A DNA stretch of 62,581 bases, filler included, from Syncephalis fuscata S228 (GCA_025786725.1; 4 parts of 4 records of this genome joined end to end with filler, not necessarily neighbours in it), one strand, 5' to 3'; positions 23,692-38,534 are shown, counted from the first letter of the whole stretch. The notes: generated by a model from the sequence alone, not told the origin. Numbers and translations: made by a program.

Positions 23692-24779
23692 AATACTACT
23701 TTATACTGTCACGGCATTGAAGCAATAGTTTCACATTTTAAATCTATAAACTAGCATTTTATTGGTATTTAAGGCATAAATAAAATAATGTATTTTTACT
23801 ACATTCATATCTATTAGAAATAAAATACTTACGCTTTTACGATGGACATATGTTAAAATACCATATAATGGCTGTATTGCTATGTTAGTGTGACTGATAG
23901 ATATCAAAGGACATTTAGGTTCTGCTATTAGCTATGTTTAATACAAATGATAGCATTATCAATGACAATAAATACAATATAGCCATAGTTGTATTTTGTT
24001 TCTATTTAGTATCATACAAGTTATTCGGCATATTATAGTTTAGATGTAATAATCAATGCTAACTGTGAAGTAGTTTATTATTTGTTTGCTATTAACCAAG
24101 CAAGACGCTGTATTTTAAACGTTAGCATAAGTGTTAGTAAACATCAGAAGCTAGCGCTATGGAATGACATCAAGATAAGCCATTGTTCAGCTAAGTTATA
24201 ATTTTTAAATCAAAGCTGCAAAAACACTATAATTAATTTGAGAATAATACAGTTAATAAAATACGTGAATTTATAAACTAATGTTTGTACTTGTTGTCAC
24301 TACTATGAAAATGAAACCAATATGTGCACAGCTTGTCTCTGATCAGTATTTAGTATAGCCCAGTTATAATAGAGCTTAGATAAGTCAATTTATTAAATTG
24401 GAATATCATCAATTTGGTTGGTTTATTGTATGGGTCAGCATGATCACGTAAAGACATAACATTTAAATTGAATAAAACTAACGAGCTGAGACATTTATCA
24501 AGACAGTATTAAAATCTACAATTTAGTAAAAGCTACAACATGTAATTACGTACGAAATATACAACATAAAAACACATTGGCAGAATAAAACATTCATTAC
24601 ACATTCATACTTATATTAAAGATGTTGTTTTAGTTGATAAAACTTTATTTGAAAAAGTTGTATCAGATATTCATTGTATTTACCGAGTTGTCGTCACAAA
24701 ACGCAAACTGCGCGTACATAAGAGACATGAGCTAGAGCTTAGAGTATTTAAAAACGCCGTTTATCTATTAAATCTAGAT

Positions 24780-27512
24780 TTAGTAAGCGCCGGTGTAACC
24801 ATAGCTGGTGCTAGGATAGGAGTTGTAACCGCCGTTAGCTGGTGCAGATACCGGAGCTGGCGCATTTGGGTAGGCGTTATGCGAAGCTGGAGCTGGAGTG
24901 TCTGGGTAGGCATTGTGAGAAGCTGGAGTGGTTGAAGCAGCTGGAGCTGGAGTCACTGGAGTGTATGAAGAGTGAGGGGCTGAAGTGACTGGAGCTGGAG
25001 TATCTGGGTAGGCGTTATACGAAGCTGGAGTGGTTGAGGTAGCTGGTGCTGGAGTTACTGGAGTGTATGAAGAATGAGGGGTTGAAGTGGCTGATGCTGG
25101 AGTAGTTGAAGTGGCTGGTGCTGGAGTCGCTGGAGTGTAAGAAGCTGGAGGGGCTGAAGTGGCGTGGGTCTCATTGTGGAAAGGAATGTGACCGCTGCAC
25201 TTGGAGCCGGAGCCAGTACCGGTGCAGGTAGATGGAGCTGGAGTGGATGGAGTGGTAGTTTTACCGCAGCTAGTACCGGTGCAGGTAGATGGAGTTGGGA
25301 CAACTGGGGTGGATGGAGTAGTTGGGACATATCCGCCATAGGTGTCGTTACCAGCTGGAGTGGATGGAGTGGTAGTCTTACCGCAGCTAGTACCGGTGCA
25401 GGTAGATGGAGCTGAAGCAGATGGGGTGGATGGAGTAGTTGGTACATATCCGCCATAGGTGTCGTGACCAGCTGGAGCTGGAGTTGAGACGACTGGAGCT
25501 GGAGTGTCAGGGTAGGCGTTATGAGGAGCTGGAGCAGATGGGGTAGTTGGTACATATCCGCCATAGGTGTCGTGACCAGCTGGAGCTGGAGTTGGGACGA
25601 CTGGAGCTGGAGTGTCAGGGTAGACGTTATGAGGAGCTGGGCTAACTGGAGTGGATGGAGTAGTTGGGACATATCCGCCATAGGTGTCGCTGCCAGATGG
25701 GACTGGGGCTGAAGTGGATGGCGTGGTGTAAGTCTCATGACCGGATGGGACCTGTGGCTTAGCTGGAACATAACCAAATGGAGCTGGTACACAAGTGCAG
25801 ATCTGGTGGGTTGATGGAATATAGATAGGAGCTGGAGCAGATGGAACGACATAAGTGTTGTTACCAGATGAGACTGGAGCTGGAGCAGATGGGACATATC
25901 CGCCATAGGTGTCGTTACCAGCTGGAGCTGAGACAACTGGAGTGGATGGGATGGTTGGTACATATTCGCCATAAGTATCGTGACCAGCTGGAGTTGGAGC
26001 TGGGACTATTGGGGTAGATGGAGTAGTTGGGACATATCCGCCATAGGTGTCGCTGCCAGATGGAGCTGGAGCTGAAACTACTGGAGCTGGAGCAGATGGG
26101 ACATATCCACCATAGGTGTCGTTACCAGATGGAGTTGGAACGGTAGTTTTACCGCAGCTAGTACCGGTGCAGGTAGATGGAGCAGATGGGACATTACCGC
26201 CATAAGTGCTGTTGTCGTGATCACCTGAAGCTGGAGTAGCTGGTGCGGTCTTGTTGCATGGAGCCTTTGGAGTTGGAATGTCATCAGTGTCATTGCCAGC
26301 TGGAGTTGAAGCTGGAACAGATGGAACTGGAGTGGTAGTCTTACCGCAGCTAGTACCGGTGCAGGTAGATGGAGCTGGAGCAGATGGGACATTACCGCCA
26401 TAAGTGTCGTTACCAGATGGAGTTGGAACGGTTGTTTTACCGCAGCTAGTACCGGTGCAGGTAGATGGAGCTGGAGCAGATGGGACATTACCGCCATAAG
26501 TGCTGTTGTCGTGATCACCTGAAGCTGGAGTAGCTGGTGCGGTCTTGTTGCATGGAGCCTTTGGAGTTGGAATGTCATCAGTGTCATTGCCAGCTGGAGT
26601 TGAAGCTGGAACAGATGGAACTGGAGTGGTAGTCTTACCGCAGCTAATACCGGTGCAGGTAGATGGAGCTGGAGCAGATGGGACATTACCGCCATAAGTG
26701 CTGTTGTCGTGATCACCTGAAGCTGGAGTAGCTGGTGCGGTCTTGTTGCATGGAGCCTTTGGAGTTGGAATGTCATCAGTGTCATTGCCGGCTGGAGTTG
26801 AAGCTGGAACAGATGGAACTGGAGTGGTAGTCTTACCGCAGCTAGTACCGGTGCAGGTAGATGGAGCTGGAGCAGATGGGACATTACCGCCATAAGTGCT
26901 GTTGTCGTGATCACCTGAAGCTGGAGTAGCTGGTGCGGTCTTGTTGCATGGGGCCTTTGGAGCTGGGGCATCATAAACATCATCGCCAGCTGGAGTTGGG
27001 ACTGGAGCTGATGGAGTCTCATTGTATTCACCACCTGGAGTTGGAGTATCATGGTACTCACCACCTGGAGCTGGTGCTGATGGAGTCTCATCGTATTCAC
27101 CACCTGGAGTTGGAGTATCATGGTATTCACCACCTGGAGCTGGAGCTGATGGAGTATCATGGTATTCACCACCTGGAGCTGGAGCTGATGGAGTATCATG
27201 GTATTCACCACCTGGAGTTGATGGAATCGATGGAACATTTGATTCAGGTGCTCTGGCTCTGCACTTGAACACGCTGCAGCAAATAGGATGCTTGGTGTTG
27301 CACTTGACATTTTGGGTGGTCGTGTGCTTTGGTGTAGTAGTGCACGTACCATCAACACGCTTTAGATTACCGTTAACAGTGCCGCAGTGGTGGGCACCAT
27401 TGTAGCAATGGAAAGTAGCGGTACCACAGCCATCGCTGATGATTCCGGGGCTAGCAATGACGCTCTGGGCGGCAAGGATAAGAGCAGCAGACAAAATAAA
27501 AGCACCCTTCAT
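24780..27512 (-). CDS. Secreted Pro/Thr/Ser/Gly-rich repeat protein with a small Cys-rich N-terminal domain, 910 aa
   Basis: Signal peptide MKGAFILSAALILAAQSVIA; 8-Cys N-terminal segment; repeats GGEYHDTP, STCTGTSCGKTT and HDTYGGYVP. Confidence 0.85.
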   Translation of the reverse strand: MKGAFILSAALILAAQSVIASPGIISDGCGTATFHCYNGAHHCGTVNGNLKRVDGTCTTTPKHTTTQNVKCNTKHPICCSVFKCRARAPESNVPSIPSTPGGEYHDTPSAPAPGGEYHDTPSAPAPGGEYHDTPTPGGEYDETPSAPAPGGEYHDTPTPGGEYNETPSAPVPTPAGDDVYDAPAPKAPCNKTAPATPASGDHDNSTYGGNVPSAPAPSTCTGTSCGKTTTPVPSVPASTPAGNDTDDIPTPKAPCNKTAPATPASGDHDNSTYGGNVPSAPAPSTCTGISCGKTTTPVPSVPASTPAGNDTDDIPTPKAPCNKTAPATPASGDHDNSTYGGNVPSAPAPSTCTGTSCGKTTVPTPSGNDTYGGNVPSAPAPSTCTGTSCGKTTTPVPSVPASTPAGNDTDDIPTPKAPCNKTAPATPASGDHDNSTYGGNVPSAPSTCTGTSCGKTTVPTPSGNDTYGGYVPSAPAPVVSAPAPSGSDTYGGYVPTTPSTPIVPAPTPAGHDTYGEYVPTIPSTPVVSAPAGNDTYGGYVPSAPAPVSSGNNTYVVPSAPAPIYIPSTHQICTCVPAPFGYVPAKPQVPSGHETYTTPSTSAPVPSGSDTYGGYVPTTPSTPVSPAPHNVYPDTPAPVVPTPAPAGHDTYGGYVPTTPSAPAPHNAYPDTPAPVVSTPAPAGHDTYGGYVPTTPSTPSASAPSTCTGTSCGKTTTPSTPAGNDTYGGYVPTTPSTPVVPTPSTCTGTSCGKTTTPSTPAPSTCTGTGSGSKCSGHIPFHNETHATSAPPASYTPATPAPATSTTPASATSTPHSSYTPVTPAPATSTTPASYNAYPDTPAPVTSAPHSSYTPVTPAPAASTTPASHNAYPDTPAPASHNAYPNAPAPVSAPANGGYNSYPSTSYGYTGAY

Positions 27513-29029
27513 ATTGGATAAGTAAATGTGTTCGCAAGAAAGACTACTAGTATCGGTTAATAATTTTGTTGGTGCAAGTGAAAAATCTAGCTATTGCTTC
27601 ACAGGCAGCTGAAAGAATAAACGCAATTAATAGGGTGCGATATAGAAACGTGTAGCGTTACTAAAACGTAATAAGACGAGGAGAGGCGTAAAACTTCGAG
27701 TAAATAGTGGCAACTGCCTTAGGAAGCGAGGATATGGTATTCGGGGAATGACCAACATTTGCCCTGCTATATAGATGCTCTTGCCACGTAGAAGCATCCG
27801 GTCTTGTACTCATTATTACCATTTTGAATAACACCAAAAGCACGTATTCGGAGACAGAAACGAAAAACGTGTATATTTCAACCAACTGTATAGAACGCAA
27901 ATGGCAATTACTTTATTAGGAAGTGTTTGGCGTGTTTGTGAAACCAACTCAGTAAATTGCATTTACAGGCGTAATCAAAAATGGAAATTGAAAATTTTTG
28001 CCATTCTTTCACCTCCTGGCCATGTGAACCTAGACTATTTTTCCGCTAATTGGATGTTTTAGGCTTAAGTTTGCTCTTTTTTCCAGTTATTTACCACGTA
28101 TTTGGTAAAGGAGTTTATCGCCGGAAGAGAAGAAATCCATGCCTTCTTGTTGCAGCACAATGACATCGTGCGCTCGTAATAACAAATCCGTTATGGAAAA
28201 GCAAATAAACGCTGCTGAGCAAATTTACTGCAAATCAATTAACAAATACGTACAACGTTAGCAATTTGGTTCCAAAAAAAACAGATAATAAACTCGTTGT
28301 TGTGCGCCGGCCCGTATCTATACCGAATAAATCCAGGCCTTAGTTTATGATATCAACTAAATTCGCATGGCTGTACAATATCATGGTGCCGAAACAATAA
28401 TACATTCTAGTCTTGTAGCACCTCTTTTTTTAACAGTTGCTAGTAGTTGCCCTGACCAACTATCTTTATGTGGCGTCTTTACAAGTCATATTGGCCTTAA
28501 ACAATGAATTAATTTTCAAAATATACCCAAGCTGATGGATGAGCAACAGAACGGCCCTGCATATTTATTTAGGTAGCAGGCCATGTGTTTGCGTTATAAA
28601 TAAATGCACTTCCAAACGCCACTGATAAAAACAATACTCCGCCTTAGTATTGTATCGCCATTATCTGACTTGCACAAAACTTTAATGCCAATCGTCGAAT
28701 TTTTTTTAGTAATCTAAGATTAAGAATGGGGCTAGACGTGTACAAATTATGACTAACATTACACGTACCATTATTTAGATATTAAAGTTAATAAATTGCT
28801 AGCACTATTAATAGCAAAATACCATTTTATGTTAAAAATTTAGGCCAATAACTACTTTACCAAAAGCAGTAAATTAAAGACTTTTATTTTTACTTTCTAG
28901 AACTATCTAATAAATATTGCAACAACCATTCGCTCAACCATTTGTATTTGTTTTATTTTGTTTTAATGCTTGTTCTGATAGAAATACTGTAGTTTAATAA
29001 TGATTCTGATCAATTTTCTAATCAAGACT

Positions 29030-31107
29030 ATGTATTATTTTAAAATCACAGCAGCATTAATTTTATTATTAATGCAGTTGAATGAAGTCCCAAATGCTAC
29101 ATTAGGATGATCAGCCTTATCAGCTCTGTGTTATAATAAAACAGCAATAACAACAGCCGATACATCAGATAATTATGTTAAACAAAACATACCACGCTTA
29201 GTTAAACGTTTTACTCAAAAATTAAAACAAAGAACTGTTGCACAGGATTATAAAATCATTGGATTTGGAATGGCACCAACCATAAAATATCTGAAAACCA
29301 ACAGTTTGGTAAGTCCCATGGTACCACATGCATCTACTGGTGTAGATACTATGCATCGCCAAGGTGTAATGGGCAAAGGAGTTAAAATAGCCATTATAGA
29401 TAGTGGCGTCGATTATTTACATCCAGCGCTTGGGGGCGCATTTGGTCCTAATCACAAGGTGGCTTTTGGCTATGACTTTGTTGGTGACAGCTATGGCGAC
29501 ACGGGTGTTGCCGCCGCAAAAAAAGATCCTATGGATTGCATGGGCCACGGTACACGTATAGCCGGTATAGTTGCAGCAAACACAGCTACATTTGTTGGAG
29601 TAGCACCTGAGGCGAAACTTGGGCCTATTGCATAATTGGTTGCAGATTTGCGCCTGCTTCCATGTCAATTATAAAACAGGCATTCGACATGGCAGACACG
29701 GACGGCATGCATATTATTAATATTTCATTCAGCAATTATCTGGGCAACAATGGAGCACTTTTGTCTAGTTTTGTGGAGCAATACACTCAGCGAGGAATCA
29801 TTATTACTGCGTCGACTGGTAATATACGACAAATGCAGAAAATAACGTGGACTTCTAATGTACCGAGTATTGCGCCATCTGTAATTTCAGTTGGTTCCAT
29901 GGATATACCGTACATTATATCCGATTCGTTTAAAGCTGTTGGCCTTGGCACGGATGCTATTATGTACAAAAACATTTGCTTTAATATTCAACTGTTATTA
30001 AGAGAATATGATGTGATTACAATGCATTATTCAGAATATCCAGATCAATGTACCATTCCAAATAATGCAAATGGCAAGATAGTCTGGATGCCATATGATG
30101 GATGCGATATTAGTCGTTTATTTAAAAATATGAAAAATAGTGGCGTTGTCGGTAGTATAATTTTAAATTCTGACAAAAAATACAACAATTGTTTAGTTCC
30201 AGCTATTTCTGTTGGTAATCAGTTTGCCAAGATTGCTTCAGAATTGATTGCAAAAGGACAATCACTCAGACTTGGGTTCTATGGACACAAATCTCACGTT
30301 CCAGATACAAGCAGTATCTCGGGCTCTATTTCTGCAGCCTGGGGGCCATCGTTAGACCTTGGAATGAATCCAGATATTATGGCGCCCGGCGTAGCAATGT
30401 TTACAACTACAAATAAGGCTGAGAAATTTCAGATTGATCGTGGTACATCATTTGCAGCGCCTTATGTGGCAGGTGTGGCCGCGCTCTATCTTCAGGCACA
30501 TGCCAGTGCAGACGATAATATTAAGCGATTTAATCCAGTAGAATTTAAGAAGACTATCCAAAGTACGGCAATACCTTGCATAATGCCACATACACAGCTT
30601 GCTGGATCGGTGGCTCAGCAAGGCGCTGGGCTTGTTTGTATCGATCGAGCCATGTTGGTCTCATTTACTGTGTCGCCCTCGGTGATAGAGCTTGGAGATA
30701 GGCAGACAAAGGCCATGTATCAGGATGGAAAACTAAGTCGGATAACTATTTATAATCCAGCATCTGTTGTAAAAACATTTACCACTACTCATTTACCTGC
30801 CGTATCAATGCGTGGATTTGATAGCAATGGTAAGGAGTTCAGGCCACCACAGATTTGTGAGATACATGCAAAAGCTATTTTTTCCAAATATACATCGGTA
30901 GAACCAGAGACATCAGTGTCGATTAGCATTAAATTCGACATACCGCTTTTACGTGCCTACAAAGACCACTGGCTTTACTCTGGTTATATTATCGTCGATC
31001 CAGATCACAAACCAAACCGCCCATCTTCAAGCCAGGCTATTTATATACCTTATTTTGGGCTTAATGGTAGCATAAACAATATTAGAAAAATGGTTAAACA
31101 GCCGTAA
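29030..31107 (+). pseudogene. S8 subtilisin-like serine protease (PA/Fn3-like C-terminus), disrupted
   Basis: Catalytic triad motifs IIDSG, HGTRIAG and GTSFAAP. A 1-nt deletion at ~29621-29624 breaks KLG-AYCIIGC (family consensus LGAYRVFGC). The signal-peptide-like start at 29030 (MYYFKITAALIFIINAVE) is followed by TGA and further stops. Confidence 0.75.
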
Positions 31108-31848
31108 TATATGCTACTTTAAACATAACATTTAATGTTACTATACAAAAACAGCTATATTAACACAAACAATGTTTGTAAAATATTTTATACTAAATAT
31201 GTAGATATACTATAAATTACATTTATTTATTTAAAAAATGTTCATTTATTTAGTAAATGTTAAATACGTAATTACACATAGTACATTATTTGTATAATAA
31301 TAGTTTATTGTATGGATGCATAAGTCGCCATAGTATATTATTATGTATACTAATAATAAGTAATTTGCTACATTGTATACTTGTTGCATTTTTTCAAAAT
31401 AGTGCCAAATACTTGTGCAACAAAATGGTCAATCAATCATCAGTTAAACAAACACATAGACACTTAATTGTCAGCACACAACAAACAACACAGCTATGTT
31501 ATCATTTGCTTTTTACTATTTTGGATCAAATAAATTTAACTTGAATACAATTAACTAATCATAGCATAAATAGTGACAACATCATTTAACTAGCATTTTG
31601 CTTTTATCCTATGTCTTACCACAATCATATCGCAGCAATATAATATTACCTAATATATAAATAATACTTGTTTATTTAAATAATAAACAATTAATTTATA
31701 TTAAATACATTTAAAATATACTTTTAAACAGCAAAAAACAACACTGCAGCTTGCAACAGACTACGCTGCACCGCTAGCCATCTAGTTAGTTAGCAAAATA
31801 AACAAAATTTTAGCAAAAATAAATCCAGTGCGCTGGCTGGCAAAAGGT

Positions 31849-31923
31849 TGCTCACTACAGGGATCGAACCTGTGACCTTGGCGTTATTAGCACCACGCTC
31901 TAAACCAACTGAGCTAAGCGAGC
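31849..31923 (-). tRNA. tRNA-Ile (AAT)
   Basis: GCTCGCTTAGCTCAGTTGGTTTAGAGCGTGGTGCTAATAACGCCAAGGTCACAGGTTCGATCCCTGTAGTGAGCA folds to a cloverleaf; anticodon AAT; T4 run downstream. Confidence 0.95.
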
Positions 31924-31930
31924 CGATAGA

Positions 31931-32048
31931 AACTACATTACTTCTCATTCCCGCGTGGTCCCCCACCGCAGTACTACAGAAGCGCGGCCTAACTTAACTT
32001 CGGAGATCGGACGGGATCCGGTGCTTTCTAGGCGCAATGAACGTAGTT
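31931..32048 (-). rRNA. 5S rRNA (dispersed copy)
   Basis: 118 nt with paired ends AACTAC...GTAGTT; conserved GAAAGCACCGGATCCCGTCCGATCTCCGAAGTTAAG and AGTACT..GTGGGGGACCACGCGGGAA motifs. Confidence 0.92.
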
Positions 32049-33104
32049 GAAGTGGAGGCATTTTTTTGCTAGCCATTCGTAATTTTAATTTACGTAAAAG
32101 CTTGCTGCAAATGTTATTTAGACACATGCACACATTCAATATTACACCATACATCAAATAAAACGCATACGCACAACAATAATAGCAACTATAAATACAG
32201 TACATATAATAGGCATATAATAGTGATAGTAGTACATGTCTGTAATCATTAGTATAGTTATTATCATAGCTACTATCATATCAGCACAGTATAATAAAAA
32301 TCATACCAATAAAGCAATGAGCAACAACAAGGGCATTTATAAGCAGTGTGTAATGCATATATAACTATAGAATACAAATACTGTTTGCTAGTATATGTAT
32401 ACTGCTACTCGATAGTTGTAGCAGATGAAAAAGCAGCACAGTACATTAGACGATAAGTTTAATCAACAATAGGAAAGCATATAGTGTAGATGACTAGCAT
32501 GCATGCAGGCTGTATACTGTAAACAAGAGGATTGTGTTTAATGTAGGTGATAACAGCAAAGCAAGCAAGAGAATACAAGCGATAGAAAAGACAGACTCAG
32601 ATGTGGCACATAGATAGTGGGTGTACTTACTATTATAGCTATATGTGGGATTGTAAAGAATAAAGAATACAGATTGCAAGTAAAAATAGAAAGAAAGAGC
32701 GTGATAGGTAAGTAATGGAATATGAGCAAGTGTAGTGCATACAATTTATGCTGTATAGAGATGAGTGCAGCTATCAGCACCATCATTGCACTGGTGTTAG
32801 CAAAGTTGAATAGCGTGCGGCTATTGTATAATAATGAAACGATAAATAATAGAATGAATAAACAGAGAAGGTGCGATTAGCTATGTTAATGAGCATATAT
32901 GCAAGATCAATGAGCGGAATCAGTCGACGTTTATTAATAATAAGGCTAAAACAAAAATAAAAATAGTCTTGGATAGAGAAAGGCTAGACGAGTATAGAAT
33001 GATATAGAATAACATGAATATACAATGGGAAGAGTATGATAAGTGGTGTTGAGGTTATAATGCATATAACAAAATGAGTGAATTAAACAAAGTATATTGG
33101 AATA

Positions 33105-33320
33105 TACAAACGATAGAATGTGTCTAGTATATCGTAGAATAATACATATTAGTATGGGACAGAATGGAAATGATATAGGTGAATAGAAAGTATATATGTA
33201 TACTAAATATATGCATACTGGATAACGAATCTATGATGATGAGATTTAATGATTGATGTAACTCACCGCCTATCATCATGTTCAATAGATTGGGCGTTAT
33301 TGAATATTAGTTATTTGACC
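33105..33320 (+). repeat. Dispersed repeat, homologous to 40515-40707, 43399-43590 (inverted) and 57322-57510 (inverted)
   Basis: Shared ATATATGCATACTGGATAA..CTCACCGCC.ATCATCATGTTCAATAG..ATTTGACC. Confidence 0.75.
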
Positions 33321-33909
33321 ATTAATCATACTAAATAGTTAACAAATTACCTATTTATTTATAATAATGTTAAATGACCTATAATATGTTATATGATTAA
33401 CGCTAAGCGATAATTAATCAGCCTATATAATTTACAGTAATCGCTTTTAAAAACCATCTCATTATAAATAAATATTAATATATATATAAATACATACAAA
33501 CATGCAAACAAATATACCAGTAACAATAAATTGAACATACATTATGAATAAATGATCAGTAATATAACTAAATACAAATCTACGTGGATCATAAAAGTAT
33601 AATCGGTGCTATTTGTAATGGCATTAATGGTATCTAGATTACCACATCGTTAGTAGTATATAGTATTGCTCTATTCATAGCGCTAGATAGTAGTGGCACA
33701 TCTGGACAATACACGGTTAATTACATTATTCACCAACCACCACATTAGTAGCAAATACACCAGCTCATATAATACACAACAATCATTATAAGCACATTGT
33801 TTGTAGTGAAGAAGAAGCGTGCGCTAAATCATTTAATCGTTGAAGCAACATAACAGCCAGTACGATAAAGTAATATCCACACCCATATATATACTTGTAG
33901 ATACGACAA

Positions 33910-35401
<1,492 letters not shown>

Positions 35402-38057
35402 GATGATGATAAAAAGTAATAAATGTTATGTGAGTATGCACACACGGGAGTACTGGTCAAAGAACTAGCACAGATGAATGAAGATAACGCGAACAAATGC
35501 GGTGGTTAGCAATACCGGATGAAGAAAGTAAAGAGATGAGAGTTGGGGGAAGGTCAAAGGCAAGAGTGATGGCGCTTTTAAAGCCATCAGTTTAATGACA
35601 CCATGGGTCGGCAATAGAAACGACGACGACGTAATGCCTTACACACACACATGCTTGGTATTTCTGTGTGTATTTCTGTGTGATGTGTTTGTGTGTGCAG
35701 TAATTGAGAGCTACTAAGTTAATCTAGAGAGATGCCACATGTTCTTCCATTCTAGATCATGCCACCTTGCCCACTCTTGTTATCACACACACACACACAC
35801 ACACGGATATCACACGGCTAGCCATATTATTTACCATATTATTTTTATCACTGATGAATGTTTGAGATTCAAGGACATCCTGAATCCATTATTCATGTGG
35901 TGATGAATCAATGTTAACACGTTGGATTTCTTGGCAAAGAATAAACCAATTAGTAAAATATTTAACTAAATTATTTATTGTTGTCGTTTGTTATCGCTAT
36001 TTATTCATTTATTCGCTATTATTGTTGTTTGTTACTACAAGTAGATGTATCTGGCCAAGATATAAATATTAATAGCCATCTTTTACTTTGTAAATCGCTG
36101 CTATTGCTATCATTTAATTTCCTTATTTTTCGCATATACTCAGCCAATCAGCACTTGCTGTATCATTCATGGTAGTAATACTTATAGCAGCAATACTCAT
36201 GGTAAACTACGACTTGTAAAGTAATATACTCTATTCTTGGCAAATCGCTGATTTTTGGCAATATAATTAGTCATGGTTGTTATGATCAGCACTCGTAGTC
36301 TTATGACCTTTGATTAATTTTACTATCACAATTAATTGCAAACTTCTTGGCAAAAATGCCCATTATATTTATTGTTAAAGTCAGCCAAAATGTTTTATAT
36401 TTATTTATGTTTTCGTTATTAGAGTTTAACCACTTTTTAATTTGTTATTGTCAAACACGCCCGCATTGTTTATAATATGTTCTATAAATAAAACAACTGT
36501 TATTATACATGCATTGCATAGATGGTGTATAACCATTTGTTTTACTATTATGCATCGGTCCTATGCCCAATCTGCATGGTCGAAAAAGAAAAACCAGCGG
36601 ACTGTTTCGAGTTGCCCCTTAATATACCACTTTTGTAATCCCTTGCTAAAACCACTCATTAGCAGCATAGGACATTGTTATCATGATTGTTATACTATGG
36701 CTGTTGTCAATGGTTGATGGCGGGGGTACGTTTTATAAACAAGAATTGCAATTAAACCCAAGTGTAACGGAAACAATAAAATAACAAAACAATCAATGTT
36801 TTCTAATGGGTCCAGTAGCAAAGTAACACTAAACAGTAATTAATAATTAAATTGCACATCTTATGTCTTTATCTGGATAGGTAAAGCGGAGTTTACACTT
36901 CTGCATGTGGTGTTTTAGCGAACGTTCTATTATATTCAGCGCTAAACTTGCCTTTCTCCTCCGCAACATCTTTTTCTTTTATCCGTTGATTTGTGTCGTA
37001 TCTTATTCATTATACTCTACAGTCTGCTGGCCAGACTTTGCACTGCACAGCATTCTCCGTAAACTTTTTTTTGATAGCTTCTTGGTGTTTCTTTTTAGTA
37101 TTCTTTCGTTAGTTTGACAGGTGTTTTCAAACAGCTGCAACGCGGTCGTTTCACTTTTGCTTAGTCGTTAGCTTGATCTTTGTCGTCGAGACAGAAACAG
37201 TTTGCTGCTGGTAGTTTTTTATTATCTTTTGCAATCTCCTACTGTGTTACTGTATCCTTATCCGTTTGTATTCTTACAAGATTGAACTGGTGGCTACTCG
37301 CCTGCTTCATACTAAGTCGAATAACGAGCGAAGGAGTAGTTACAAAAAGTTCGCGTGTACTCCGTGTTTCGTACTATTTTCTCCGTGCACGGGTTTAGCC
37401 TACCTTTTAAACCACCCATTGAGTAACAACAGCTCCTGACTCTTTAAAACAACAACAACAGCGATAACCGCGGCGGTAGTAGTAACATTAAACCGTCACA
37501 ATCATAACGTTTTCTTCTTTATTCCTTCAACGGCCATAAATCATTCATTATCTATCCTTTCTTTCGCAACATCGCATTTTAAGTAACACCTTCACTTCAC
37601 TGTCCTACTATTATACACTGGCTGGTTCAGCGTTTGATACATCCATTGCATTTCCTTACTTTAAAGCTGTGCTCTTTGATACAGTTCACCTTTTTCATTC
37701 TTTTCTACTTTTACCGTTCACTATCGCGCCATCTTTACGCCATCTTTTTTCTACTGCTTTAAATAAGATTTTATTTGTTTCTGTCATAATGACTTTGGAC
37801 AAAAACCATCGCCAATTGGTACAGCGGTCGGAGTCGCTAAATATTTCGGCAAAAGCCAATTTAACATTTATAATAACGCCACAAAATAAAATCCGCGCTA
37901 AGCGACCATTTCCGCTGATTGCACAAAAACACCTGTTGAGCCACTGCCAAAGTGCTCTACAACAGGATCATCAGAGCACGCGGCTCCTTCAGCGTATCAT
38001 CAGGAGGTATTATCCAAGGCAACTGATGCAGATGTCGAGGCCAATCTTGGTAAAAAA

Positions 38058-38501
38058 ATGTCAGCAATGACTAGCTCGTTGGCCCAACTACCTGCGTTAG
38101 CACGCGCCCGAGAACTTATTCAAGCTGAGCAGCGAGGCAAGGTCAATATGGAGCTTGAGGCATCAAATAACGCGTTAAATGTCGAGATGGCATCTCAAGC
38201 ATTAAAGCCAAATGGGCATCCTGCCCGTGTTATTCGTAAACGACGATCGCAATCGGTGTCGGCAGTAATGAATACGTTTACAAGCCAGCTAGACGCCGAT
38301 AACATTGATGCACCACCACAAGCACATGATCCTGAGAGTCTAGAGGCGGATGCAGCTTGCTTTGAGCGTGTTTTTTCTTCCTATGCAGAATGGGCTCATA
38401 TGACCTTTGTCGCCCCGACGTCGGATGTAGATCCTAACAGCGCTAAGGTGCCTAGAAAGGATTCAATTCTTGCTAGTTCTCGACAACGTTTACAAAGGCA
38501 A

Positions 38502-38534
<33 letters not shown>

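Noticed and set aside
25055-27405. Overlapping Leu/Gln/His-rich and antisense ORFs
   Set aside because: Shadows of the 910-aa repeat protein.
31945-32205. 86-aa minus-strand ORF
   Set aside because: Overlaps the 5S rRNA gene; spurious.
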